This document shows, piece by piece, positions 1 to 7,914 of a stretch of DNA of 64,000 bases. The stretch's first letter is position 1. Every line of letters starts with the position of its first letter. The stretch is from Flavobacteriales bacterium. GTDB taxonomy: Bacteria > Bacteroidota > Bacteroidia > Flavobacteriales_G > JALEGO01. The stretch lies in the NCBI GenBank assembly GCA_020631045.1, contig JAHDHZ010000002.1, forward strand, positions 35,308-99,307. The letters run 5' to 3'. The position numbers and the translations under genes are program-made. A model generated the notes under the pieces. It saw nothing but the letters and a program-made list of their open reading frames with translations, was not told where the DNA came from and ran no database searches.

Positions 1-1
1 A

Positions 2-967
2 ACCCCACTTTGCTCAATTGCCTGTCAAGTGATTACTCAGAAAGTCTTTAAAGAAAACAACGTACCAGAAGGGGTTTCTTGTTTGGTGAATGGTGATTAC
101 AAGGTCGGAGAGCTGATTTCTAATGATAAGCGCGTGCCATTGGTCTCAGCAACAGGCTCTTCTCGCATGGGTAAGCTGGTTGCGGCGGCAGTTGGCGCAA
201 GACTGGGCAAAAGTTTGTTAGAATTGGGTGGAAATAACGCCATTATCGTGACTGAAGATGCAGATTTAAAAATGACGACAATCGGCGCGGTGTTTGGGGC
301 AGTAGGCACCTGTGGTCAGCGTTGTACCTCTACCAGAAGATTGATTATACACGAATCTATTTACGATAAAGTAAAAGATGCGATTACCAAAGCATACGGC
401 CAACTGAAAATTGGCAACCCACTTGATGAGTCAAATCATGTAGGACCTTTGATTGACAAAGATGCTGTAAGCCTTTACAGTGCGGCAATTGAAAAAGCGA
501 AGTCTGAAGGTGGCACTGTTTTGGTTGAAGGCGGAGTACTTGGTGGACAGGGCTACGAATCAGGTTGTTATGTAAAACCTTGCATCATTGAAGCTAAGAA
601 TGACTTTGAGATTGTGCAACACGAAACCTTTGCCCCTATTTTATACATTATGAAGTATACCCATTTAGACGAGGCGATTGCCATGCAAAATGGTGTTGTT
701 CAAGGGCTTTCTTCTGCAATTATGACCACTAACTTAAGAGCTGCCGAGCAATTCTTATCGGCCAGCGGTTCTGATTGCGGTATAGCCAATGTAAATATCG
801 GTACTTCTGGTGCTGAAATTGGCGGTGCTTTTGGTGGAGAGAAAGAAACAGGTGGCGGTAGAGAGTCAGGGTCAGATGCTTGGAAAGTATACATGAGAAG
901 ACAAACCAATACTATAAATTACAGCACTGAACTTCCTTTAGCTCAAGGAATTAAGTTTGATTTATAG
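2..967 (+). CDS. Aldehyde dehydrogenase family protein (ALDH7 / piperideine-6-carboxylate dehydrogenase-like), C-terminal ~320 aa; the 5' end lies outside the window
   Basis: The reading frame is open to the window edge. ALDH motifs are present: ELGGNNA (catalytic Glu region) and [10 protein letters not shown] (catalytic Cys). The tail [21 protein letters not shown] is typical of the ALDH7 branch. Confidence 0.85.
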   Translation, partial: TPLCSIACQVITQKVFKENNVPEGVSCLVNGDYKVGELISNDKRVPLVSATGSSRMGKLVAAAVGARLGKSLLELGGNNAIIVTEDADLKMTTIGAVFGAVGTCGQRCTSTRRLIIHESIYDKVKDAITKAYGQLKIGNPLDESNHVGPLIDKDAVSLYSAAIEKAKSEGGTVLVEGGVLGGQGYESGCYVKPCIIEAKNDFEIVQHETFAPILYIMKYTHLDEAIAMQNGVVQGLSSAIMTTNLRAAEQFLSASGSDCGIANVNIGTSGAEIGGAFGGEKETGGGRESGSDAWKVYMRRQTNTINYSTELPLAQGIKFDL

Positions 968-1035
968 CGAAATAAACTTGACTTAGGTCTTCTTTTTTCT
1001 CAAATTTAAGATCTGCAAATGCAGACTGTTATATT

Positions 1036-1632
1036 TTGAGAAAAATTTCAACAATTCAAGAAAAGCTGAGGGCCAAGCAAATTTTAGCCCAAGAATTTCA
1101 AGATTCTGAAGGGATGAATTGGATGCTAAAGCATCGCTCTGTTGAAAAACTCGAAGAGCTCATTGACTTTATGCTACAAGAAGCACTTTCAAGAGAAGGC
1201 GCTTACATCACTTCAGATAATAATGGCATTGTATTCTTTCACAATACAGAAAAAAAATTCAATTCTTTTTCACTAAGCAATCTGGTCAGAATTGTAAAAT
1301 TATTTGCTTTTACCACTGGGATTAAAAAGGGGGTTCAGTTAATACGATACCAAAAAACCATTCAGTCTAACAGAATTAAAGGGGGACTCATTGCCACATT
1401 ACTTGCTGTTGATTCAAAAAATAAATTGAGTACAAAGACAGCTTACGAAATAAAAACAAACGTTTTTAAAACATCTGATCAATTCAAGCTTCCTCTTTAT
1501 ATAGAAACCACAAAAAAAAGAGCAATGCTGTTGTATAGAGCTCTAGGATTTGTTTTATACAAGACACTTGAACATCCTTTTATTGACGGATCCAAAATTT
1601 GGTTATACCACAGAAATCCTAACTTATCATGA
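1036..1632 (+). CDS. Hypothetical protein, possibly GNAT-fold acyltransferase
   Basis: 198-aa ORF with a TTG start. The C-terminal LYIETTKKRAMLLYRALGFVLYK resembles the GNAT alpha4/beta5 region. It overlaps the next gene by 4 nt. Confidence 0.35.
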   Translation: MRKISTIQEKLRAKQILAQEFQDSEGMNWMLKHRSVEKLEELIDFMLQEALSREGAYITSDNNGIVFFHNTEKKFNSFSLSNLVRIVKLFAFTTGIKKGVQLIRYQKTIQSNRIKGGLIATLLAVDSKNKLSTKTAYEIKTNVFKTSDQFKLPLYIETTKKRAMLLYRALGFVLYKTLEHPFIDGSKIWLYHRNPNLS

Positions 1633-2726
1633 GTAAACCTAATATTACTTTTCAGCCAGAACCCAATGATTTTTTTAAGGATCTTAGAAGTCAAGTCATT
1701 GATTATCTAAAGAAAAAAGGAAGCACTCAAAAAGCTGACTACACTTTTTTTATCAAGTTAATCATCTTAACAATCATCTATGGGGTTCTGTATTACAACA
1801 TTATTACTACTCATAGTTTATTTACTTTTTATATGTCTTATGCGCTTATGGGAGCATTAAGCATCATCATGGGGCTTAACATAGGCCATGACGCAGCACA
1901 CAATGCCATATTTAAAAAGAATAAACACAATGAGTGGCTCTTACATGTTTTTGAATTGTTCGGAACAAGTAGCAAGAACTGGAAGCATAAGCATATTTTT
2001 GCGCATCATAAATTTCCTAACATCATGGGATATGACTCTGATATTCAGCAGAGTAATGTAGTGAAGATTTTTCCTAATGATAAACACAAATTTTTTCATA
2101 ATTTTCAGTATTTATATATGCCCTTTTTATACATGTTCTACTTGCTTCGTTGGGCTATTTACAGAGATTTTAAAGATGCATCATCTTCCTCTGAGTCAAT
2201 TGGGGTTCCTGTTTTTTCAAAAAAAGAGTTTTTCAAATTGCTTTTTTTTAAGCTTTTCTACTTCTCCTACATCATTCTATTGCCTGCTTTTATGAGCCCT
2301 TTTAGTATATGGGCAAGTGTTCTTGGTTTTTTTACACTTACTGTTTTTGGAAGTTTAACTTTAACCTTAGTGTTGCTCAGCACTCATGTCGGGTCAGACA
2401 CTGAATTTGTAGAGCCTGATCAGCAGGGAAATGTTCCTTACAGCTGGTCGCATCACATCATGAGAACAACCTCTGATTTCGCTACTCAAAGTTGGTTTCT
2501 AACTCATTTGTTTGGCGGATTCAATCACCACATATTCCATCATTTATTCCCTTCTATTTCTCATGTTCATTATTATGAATTGACTCCGATTTTAAAAAAA
2601 GTTGCTAAACAATATGACTTGCCTTATAGAGAAAACAAAAGAGTTGTAAGTGCTATTTGGTCACATTTTAAACTATTATATCAAAATAGCAAACAAGACT
2701 CCTTAAGAGAGATTATAGCAAGCTAA
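1629..2726 (+). CDS. Membrane fatty-acid desaturase family protein
   Basis: Three histidine boxes (HDAAHN, HKHIFAHH, HHIFHHLFP) sit between hydrophobic segments. There is no cytochrome b5 domain. Confidence 0.85.
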   Translation: MSKPNITFQPEPNDFFKDLRSQVIDYLKKKGSTQKADYTFFIKLIILTIIYGVLYYNIITTHSLFTFYMSYALMGALSIIMGLNIGHDAAHNAIFKKNKHNEWLLHVFELFGTSSKNWKHKHIFAHHKFPNIMGYDSDIQQSNVVKIFPNDKHKFFHNFQYLYMPFLYMFYLLRWAIYRDFKDASSSSESIGVPVFSKKEFFKLLFFKLFYFSYIILLPAFMSPFSIWASVLGFFTLTVFGSLTLTLVLLSTHVGSDTEFVEPDQQGNVPYSWSHHIMRTTSDFATQSWFLTHLFGGFNHHIFHHLFPSISHVHYYELTPILKKVAKQYDLPYRENKRVVSAIWSHFKLLYQNSKQDSLREIIAS

Positions 2727-3445
2727 TGCAAGAGACCTTAAGTAAATTATCAGATATTGAGATTTTATGCTCGTTCATTTCACTTTCTTCAATGCGATAT
2801 GCATTGACCTCTGGCGTGTTTTTTATGGTTTTTTATATCGTATTTAAAACACAATTGACTCACTTAAAAATTCAATCAAAATACCCTCTAAACAAAGATC
2901 TAAAACGAGAAATTAAGTATTCAATTTTTACACTTTTAGTATTTAGCTTAAGCATGTTGATACCCCTTAATCATTATGTGCGTCCCTTTACCTTTATCTA
3001 TACATATGTATCTGATTTTGGGATTTTCTATTTTTTATTCTCATGTCTAGCTTTAGTCATTTTACACGATGCCTATTTTTATTTCACTCATAGGCTTTTA
3101 CATCACAAGTGGTTTAAAAGATTTCACGTAATCCATCATCAAAGTACTAATCCTACTCCTCTAACAGCTTTGTCTTTTCATCCTATTGAGGCTTTAATTC
3201 AAGTACTATTTTTTATTATTATCCCCTTTATTATGCCTGTGCACATCTTTGCAATCGGATTTTTAGGCTTATTTCTTTTTATTCACAATGCTTACGGTCA
3301 TTCAGGGTTTGAATTTAGCTTTTTGAAAAATGCTAAGATTTATAACAACTCTATCAATCATAATTTGCATCACAAACACTATCATGGCAATTATGGATTG
3401 TATTTTACTTTTTGGGATAATTTATTGAAGACTCGTTGTAACTAG
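2726..3445 (+). CDS. Sterol desaturase / fatty acid hydroxylase superfamily protein
   Basis: Histidine clusters HRLLHH, HVIHHQS and HNLHHKHYHGNYG in a polytopic membrane protein. The start overlaps the desaturase stop by 1 nt. Confidence 0.8.
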   Translation: MQETLSKLSDIEILCSFISLSSMRYALTSGVFFMVFYIVFKTQLTHLKIQSKYPLNKDLKREIKYSIFTLLVFSLSMLIPLNHYVRPFTFIYTYVSDFGIFYFLFSCLALVILHDAYFYFTHRLLHHKWFKRFHVIHHQSTNPTPLTALSFHPIEALIQVLFFIIIPFIMPVHIFAIGFLGLFLFIHNAYGHSGFEFSFLKNAKIYNNSINHNLHHKHYHGNYGLYFTFWDNLLKTRCN

Positions 3446-3560
3446 GGGGATTTATTGCATGATCCTTTACTGAGCAAATTCCGAAAGAAAAGCCTCGCTT
3501 TGCTCCTCTTTCTTAGCTTTCATTCACTTATGTAAACAAGTTTACAACGCTCTGAAAACT

Positions 3561-3590
3561 AAAAAAGCCAGACTAAAGGTCTGGCTTTTA
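3561..3590. terminator. Bidirectional rho-independent terminator
   Basis: Stem GCCAGAC (3567-3573) pairs with GTCTGGC (3579-3585). An A6 run lies upstream and TTTTA downstream, so a T-run follows the hairpin on both strands. It sits downstream of tRNA-Pro (-) and of the hydroxylase gene (+). Confidence 0.6.
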
Positions 3591-3598
3591 TCTCTTTG

Positions 3599-3673
3599 TC
3601 GGGGTGGCAGGATTCGAACCTGCGACCTCCTGCTCCCAAAGCAGGCGCGATAACCGGGCTACGCTACACCCCG
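3599..3673 (-). tRNA. tRNA-Pro (anticodon TGG)
   Basis: The reverse complement folds as a cloverleaf: acceptor CGGGGTG/CACCCCG, anticodon stem CCTGC/GCAGG with loop TTTGGGA, and T-arm GCAGGTTCGAATCCTGC. No CCA is encoded. Confidence 0.93.
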
Positions 3674-3789
3674 AGTGGTGTTTTTTTAACACTTTTGAAG
3701 TGCTTACTTACTTTATTACAAACGTAAACGTTTGATAGAAGTAATCTTCGCACTTCACAAACACTTAACGCGCTTGATTTTCATGCTCT

Positions 3790-3877
<88 letters not shown>

Positions 3878-3889
3878 AAAACTGCCTGC

Positions 3890-3897
3890 CAAAAATA
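3890..3897 (-). promoter_or_regulatory. Putative Bacteroidetes-type -7 promoter box (TATTTTTG) for tRNA-Ser
   Basis: It matches TAnnTTTG on the minus strand, 12 nt upstream of the mature tRNA 5' end. Confidence 0.4.
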
Positions 3898-3934
3898 ATA
3901 AATAAACTTGATTTGACTATAATTCAATCAACTT

Positions 3935-3949
3935 TTTAAACAGTTTCTT
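3935..3949 (-). repeat. Copy of the recurring intergenic 15-mer AAGAAACTGTTTAAA
   Basis: Exact 15-nt identity (reverse orientation) with 11510-11524 and 26822-26836. It partly overlaps a local AT-rich hairpin (TTTCTTG/CAAGAAA, 3944-3959). Confidence 0.7.
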
Positions 3950-3964
3950 GAACAAGAAATTATT

Positions 3965-4705
3965 TTACATTCTATCAGTCTGAAGATCAGGCCATTTTAA
4001 ATCTAGTTTTTGCATTGCTTTAAGCACCATTGAAGAGATCACATATGTTTTATACCAATTTTCATCTGCAGCAACAACAGTCCATTTTGGCGTGGAACAC
4101 TTTTTAAAGATCTTTTCATAAACACTTAAATAAGCAGCTCTTTTTTCTCGGGTATCCCAATCACCATCATTGTGCTTAAAATGTTTTTCTTTAATTTCTA
4201 ATCTTTCGTTAAGCCTTTGAAGTTGATTGTCAGGCGAATTATGCAAATAAAATTTTAAAATAATAGTGTTATTTTGGGTTAAAAGTCGTTCAAAATGATT
4301 GATTTGTTTATAACGCTGATTGATCATTTTTTTGGGTAAATATCCTTCAACTGAAGGCACTAAAATATCTTCATAATGTGAACGATTAAAAATTTTAATC
4401 ATGCCTTTGACTGGTACTTCTTTGTGAATTCTCCATAAAAAATCATGAGCAAACTCTTTATCAGTAGGCTTTTTAAATGAAGAAACTGAAATCCCACTTG
4501 GATTAATACCAGAGAAAACACTGCGAGTTGCACCGTCTTTTCCTGAAGCATCAAGCCCCTGAAAAATAACGAGTAAACTATATTTCTGTTGAGCAGCCAT
4601 TATTTTCTGTAGCTCAATAATTTTTTTAATATTCTGCTTAGATATTTTTTTAGCCTTTTGTTTGTCTAAGTCTTTAGCAGGAGAAGTTGAAATTGATTCT
4701 AGCAT
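3965..4705 (-). CDS. Polyphosphate kinase 2 (PPK2) family polyphosphate:nucleotide phosphotransferase
   Basis: Walker A-like FQGLDASGKDG, plus NRSHYEDILV and the PPK2 lid region. The size (246 aa) fits single-domain PPK2. Confidence 0.85.
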   Translation of the reverse strand: MLESISTSPAKDLDKQKAKKISKQNIKKIIELQKIMAAQQKYSLLVIFQGLDASGKDGATRSVFSGINPSGISVSSFKKPTDKEFAHDFLWRIHKEVPVKGMIKIFNRSHYEDILVPSVEGYLPKKMINQRYKQINHFERLLTQNNTIILKFYLHNSPDNQLQRLNERLEIKEKHFKHNDGDWDTREKRAAYLSVYEKIFKKCSTPKWTVVAADENWYKTYVISSMVLKAMQKLDLKWPDLQTDRM

Positions 4706-4710
4706 ATTAA

Positions 4711-5775
4711 CTAACGTGTGCGCACTAAGATGGGCAAATGGTCTGAAAATCCACCATGATATTTCTTGCCACTGTATGATTTGTTAGGTTTATAGATACC
4801 TTTATGATTGCGGTACATGATCCATTTTTCAGCATAATTTTTAGCACTTTGCTGATCAATAAGCAGTCCTGAGCCTTCTAAAAAAGCCTTGCTGACCAAC
4901 ATTTGATCAAATTGCATCCATTTATTTTGATAATTAATAGTGCCTTGGCCATCTATGTAGTGCCTGTAAAAAAGATTGGTTAATTTTTGATTGTTTACAT
5001 TGATTAGCACTTGCTCTATGCTTTCGTTGTAGGGCTCGTCATTAAAATCACCCATGATCAAAATTTTTGCATCAGCATTTTCATCTAACAGTTCTTGCAC
5101 TTTTTGCTTTAGTTCTTGCGCAGCTTTTATGCGCTTGTTAGAAGACTTCTTTTTTCCTTCTCTCCTACTAGGCCAGTGATTGATAAAAATATGACAATCA
5201 TCATCATTGTAAAAAGAACCTCTTACATATAAGATATCACGTGTATAGTCGGGCGATCCATCAGGCCGCAGAAAGAAAAATGAAATGACTTGGTGAGAAA
5301 TATATTTAAAATAAGACGGATTGTACAAAAATGCAACGTCTACCCCTCGCTCATCGTCACTATCTTCATGAATAAATTGATAATGTGCGTCTTTCAATAT
5401 AGATTGACCTACTAGCTTTTCTAACACAGCGTCATTTTCTACTTCAGCCAATCCAACCATAATTGGCAAGTGCTCATCTACCTTAGCAATTACTTGGGCT
5501 AAATTAGAAAGCTTTTCATCTAGGTTATAAGGCGTCCATTTTTTATACCCTTTAGGTGTAAAATCATCATCATCTGTTAAACGATCATCTTTGGTGTCAA
5601 ACAAATTCTCAACATTGTAAAACATTATCGTTTGTTGATTTGCCTTTAGCAGTGTATCAGAAATTTTCATAGCATTCAAATGTGAGCGATCTTCTGTATA
5701 TAATTTACATGAGCTCCAAACAATAGCCAATGTAAAAAAACAACCGAATAGTAATATACGCATCTTTAAAACCAC
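4711..5775 (-). CDS. Endonuclease/exonuclease/phosphatase (EEP) family lipoprotein
   Basis: Signal peptide with lipobox (IVWSSC). EEP-like motifs are FYNVENLFD near the N-terminus, GDFND and a C-terminal SDHLPI. Confidence 0.75.
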   Translation of the reverse strand: MVLKMRILLFGCFFTLAIVWSSCKLYTEDRSHLNAMKISDTLLKANQQTIMFYNVENLFDTKDDRLTDDDDFTPKGYKKWTPYNLDEKLSNLAQVIAKVDEHLPIMVGLAEVENDAVLEKLVGQSILKDAHYQFIHEDSDDERGVDVAFLYNPSYFKYISHQVISFFFLRPDGSPDYTRDILYVRGSFYNDDDCHIFINHWPSRREGKKKSSNKRIKAAQELKQKVQELLDENADAKILIMGDFNDEPYNESIEQVLINVNNQKLTNLFYRHYIDGQGTINYQNKWMQFDQMLVSKAFLEGSGLLIDQQSAKNYAEKWIMYRNHKGIYKPNKSYSGKKYHGGFSDHLPILVRTR

Positions 5776-7316
5776 TTTTTTCTTCTTGATGTAGATCTTA
5801 TTCCTAGAGCGCCCAATAGCCCTCTTGTGATCTCTCTGACTACTGTTCTTCCTATTTGGCGTACCATTGTGTTTTTACTCATAGATTCAAATACACTCTT
5901 TTTCTTAACTGTTTTTGAAGCTTTTTTATGTTCTTCTTTTATCTGTTTTTGATGTTCTTCACTTTGAGCTTCATCAATTTTTTTAGAGAGTATTTCTTTG
6001 GCACTTTGAGCATCAATCTCTTTGCTGTATTTCTCAATTAAGTTTGATTGCTTGGTAATTTCATTGATCTCTTGAGCGCTTAACACATCCATTCGACTCA
6101 TCGGCGCACGCATATATGTTGCCACTAAAGGCGTGGGAACTCCATTTTCATCTAAAGCTGTTACCAGTGCTTCGCCTATACCTAAAGAGGTTAACAATTC
6201 ATCTGTATTGTAAAAATCGGTAAGCGGAAAATTCTCTGCAGTGAGCTTAATGCTCTGTCTATCTTTTGCAGTAAAAGCTCTTAAGGCATGTTGTATTTTC
6301 ATGCCCAACTGAGAAAGAATTTCTTGAGGGATGTCTGTTGGCAATTGGGTGATGAAAAATATACCTACTCCTTTTGATCTTATGAGCTTAATGATTGCTT
6401 CTAATTGTTCTAAGAAAACTTTAGAGGCATTGTCAAAAATCAAATGCGCCTCATCAATAAAGAGCACTAATTCAGGCTTATCAAGATCTCCTTTTTCAGG
6501 GAAAGTATTATACACTTCAGAAAGCAAACTAAGCATGAAAGTTGAAAACAGCCTTGGCTTACTTTGAATGTCAATTAAACGCAAAACAGAAATGACTCCT
6601 TTGCCCTCTCTAGTTTGCATTAAATCGTTTACTTCAAAAGAAGGTTCTGCAAAAAACTTAGCTGCGCCTTGTTGCTCAAGTTGAACAATTGCTCTGATGA
6701 TGGTGTTCACACTAACAGGTGACATTGACCCATAGGCGCTTTGAATTTCTTCTTTACCATCAGTAATGCAATGATTTAATACTTTTTTCAAGTCTTCTAA
6801 ATCGACTAAAGGCAGTTTTTGATCGTCACAATACTTAAATAAAACAGCCATAATGCTACTCTGCACATCTGTTAAACTTAAAATCTTTGAAAGTAAGATA
6901 GGGCCAAACTCAGATACAGTAGCACGAAGCCGAATGCCTTTTTCTTCAGAAAGAGATAAAAATTCTAAAGGAGCTGCATTGGGCGTATATTCTACTCCTA
7001 TTTTTTGATGACGTTCTTTAATGAAATCTTCTTGAGTGCCAGACGCTCCAAGACCACTCAAGTCACCTTTTAAATCCATAACCAAGCTTGGAATGCCCTT
7101 GTGAGATAAGTGCTCGGCTAAAATTTGAAGTGTTTTGGTTTTGCCTGTTCCTGTAGCCCCGGCAATTAAACCGTGTCTGTTGAATGTTTTTAAGGGCAAA
7201 CGCACCAAAGCATCACTGTGCACCTTGTCTTGATAAATACTTGCACCTAAAACAATCTCATCGCCTTGGTGCTTGTAGCCTTTTTGAATGTGCTCTAAAA
7301 ATGTCTTTTCACTCAT
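5766..7316 (-). CDS. HerA/FtsK-like P-loop ATPase, DUF853 (YjgR-like) family
   Basis: Walker A GATGTGKTK, Walker B LVLFIDEAH, and a Lys-rich C-terminal tail. It overlaps the downstream EEP gene by 10 nt. Confidence 0.75.
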   Translation of the reverse strand: MSEKTFLEHIQKGYKHQGDEIVLGASIYQDKVHSDALVRLPLKTFNRHGLIAGATGTGKTKTLQILAEHLSHKGIPSLVMDLKGDLSGLGASGTQEDFIKERHQKIGVEYTPNAAPLEFLSLSEEKGIRLRATVSEFGPILLSKILSLTDVQSSIMAVLFKYCDDQKLPLVDLEDLKKVLNHCITDGKEEIQSAYGSMSPVSVNTIIRAIVQLEQQGAAKFFAEPSFEVNDLMQTREGKGVISVLRLIDIQSKPRLFSTFMLSLLSEVYNTFPEKGDLDKPELVLFIDEAHLIFDNASKVFLEQLEAIIKLIRSKGVGIFFITQLPTDIPQEILSQLGMKIQHALRAFTAKDRQSIKLTAENFPLTDFYNTDELLTSLGIGEALVTALDENGVPTPLVATYMRAPMSRMDVLSAQEINEITKQSNLIEKYSKEIDAQSAKEILSKKIDEAQSEEHQKQIKEEHKKASKTVKKKSVFESMSKNTMVRQIGRTVVREITRGLLGALGIRSTSRRKKWF

Positions 7317-7905
7317 CTTTTAATTTTGAGCTAAACACCTTTTTGAATTTCTCATACTTAGGAGTAATTACAGCACTACAATACGGGTTTGCGTTCTTAT
7401 TTAATTCATAATAATTCTGATGATAGTCTTCAGCTTTATAAAACTTACTGGCTTCAGATATTTCAGTAACAATAGTACGATCATATATTTTTTGATCGTC
7501 TAACTGTTTTTTATAATATTCAGCTTCTTGTTGTTGCTCGGCAGTATGAAAAAATATGGCAGAGCGGTACTGGGTGCCCCGATCGTTGCCTTGCCTATTC
7601 AAAGTTGTAGGATCATGCACTGAAAAAAACACCTCTAAAAGCTCTTTGTAACTGATGATGTTTTGATCATATTGAATTTGAATCACCTCTGCATGGCCTG
7701 TTGTTCCCGAACAAACATCTTTGTATGTAGGGTTTAGCGTTTGTCCACCCATATAGCCTGAAGCTACTGAATGTACGCCCTGCAATTGATCAAAAATGGC
7801 TTCAACACACCAAAAACATCCAGCTCCAAAAGTAGCAACCTGTTGACTCATAAGATTGAATGAAAAAAATAAAACAGTAAAAAAAACGACAAAACTATTT
7901 TTCAT
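7309..7905 (-). CDS. msrA: Peptide-methionine (S)-S-oxide reductase MsrA, with an N-terminal signal peptide
   Basis: Catalytic motif GAGCFWC; the conserved GHAEV and YHQNY are present. The N-terminus MKNSFVVFFTVLFFSFNLMSQQ looks like a secretion signal. Confidence 0.9.
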   Translation of the reverse strand: MKNSFVVFFTVLFFSFNLMSQQVATFGAGCFWCVEAIFDQLQGVHSVASGYMGGQTLNPTYKDVCSGTTGHAEVIQIQYDQNIISYKELLEVFFSVHDPTTLNRQGNDRGTQYRSAIFFHTAEQQQEAEYYKKQLDDQKIYDRTIVTEISEASKFYKAEDYHQNYYELNKNANPYCSAVITPKYEKFKKVFSSKLKDE

Positions 7906-7914
7906 AGATCGTTT

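Noticed and set aside
97-909. Antisense ORFs 97-309(-) and 700-909(-) inside the aldehyde dehydrogenase gene
   Set aside because: Both lie wholly within a strongly supported ALDH reading frame on the opposite strand. Their Pro/Ala/Ser-rich low-complexity translations are typical of shadow ORFs.
1007-1025. Small palindrome TCTGCAAATGCAGA downstream of the ALDH gene as a terminator
   Set aside because: The effective stem is only 5-6 bp with a tiny loop and no following T-run. This is insufficient support.
2077-2295. Same-strand alternative-frame ORF inside the desaturase gene. Other short track ORFs of the same kind: 1497-1694, 6331-6567, 7184-7411, 8667-8852, 10264-10500, 12196-12438, 13065-13286, 17872-18072, 20146-20328, 20684-20887, 22185-22406, 25923-26132, 27126-27350, 28743-28934, 29230-29625, 29922-30521, 31347-32148, 33751-33990, 34742-34981, 38146-38852, 44713-44895, 46009-46290, 47047-47262, 49586-49822, 50521-50763, 51540-51981, 55972-56166, 58396-58665, 62430-62933
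   Set aside because: All are 60-130 aa and fully nested within longer ORFs that carry clear family motifs. None has an independent signal such as an export signal or a conserved motif.
3944-3959. Hairpin TTTCTTG-AA-CAAGAAA as the terminator of the PPK2 gene
   Set aside because: The stem is short and AU-only, and no T-run follows on the minus strand. It overlaps the recurring 15-mer, so it is more likely part of that motif.
3965-7316. Calling the HerA-like ATPase plus EEP plus PPK2 cluster an anti-phage defence system
   Set aside because: The EEP protein is predicted to be an exported lipoprotein, so a cytoplasmic ATPase-nuclease complex is unlikely. The neighbourhood is housekeeping, with no mobile-element or defence-island context. 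It is kept only as an unexplained linkage.
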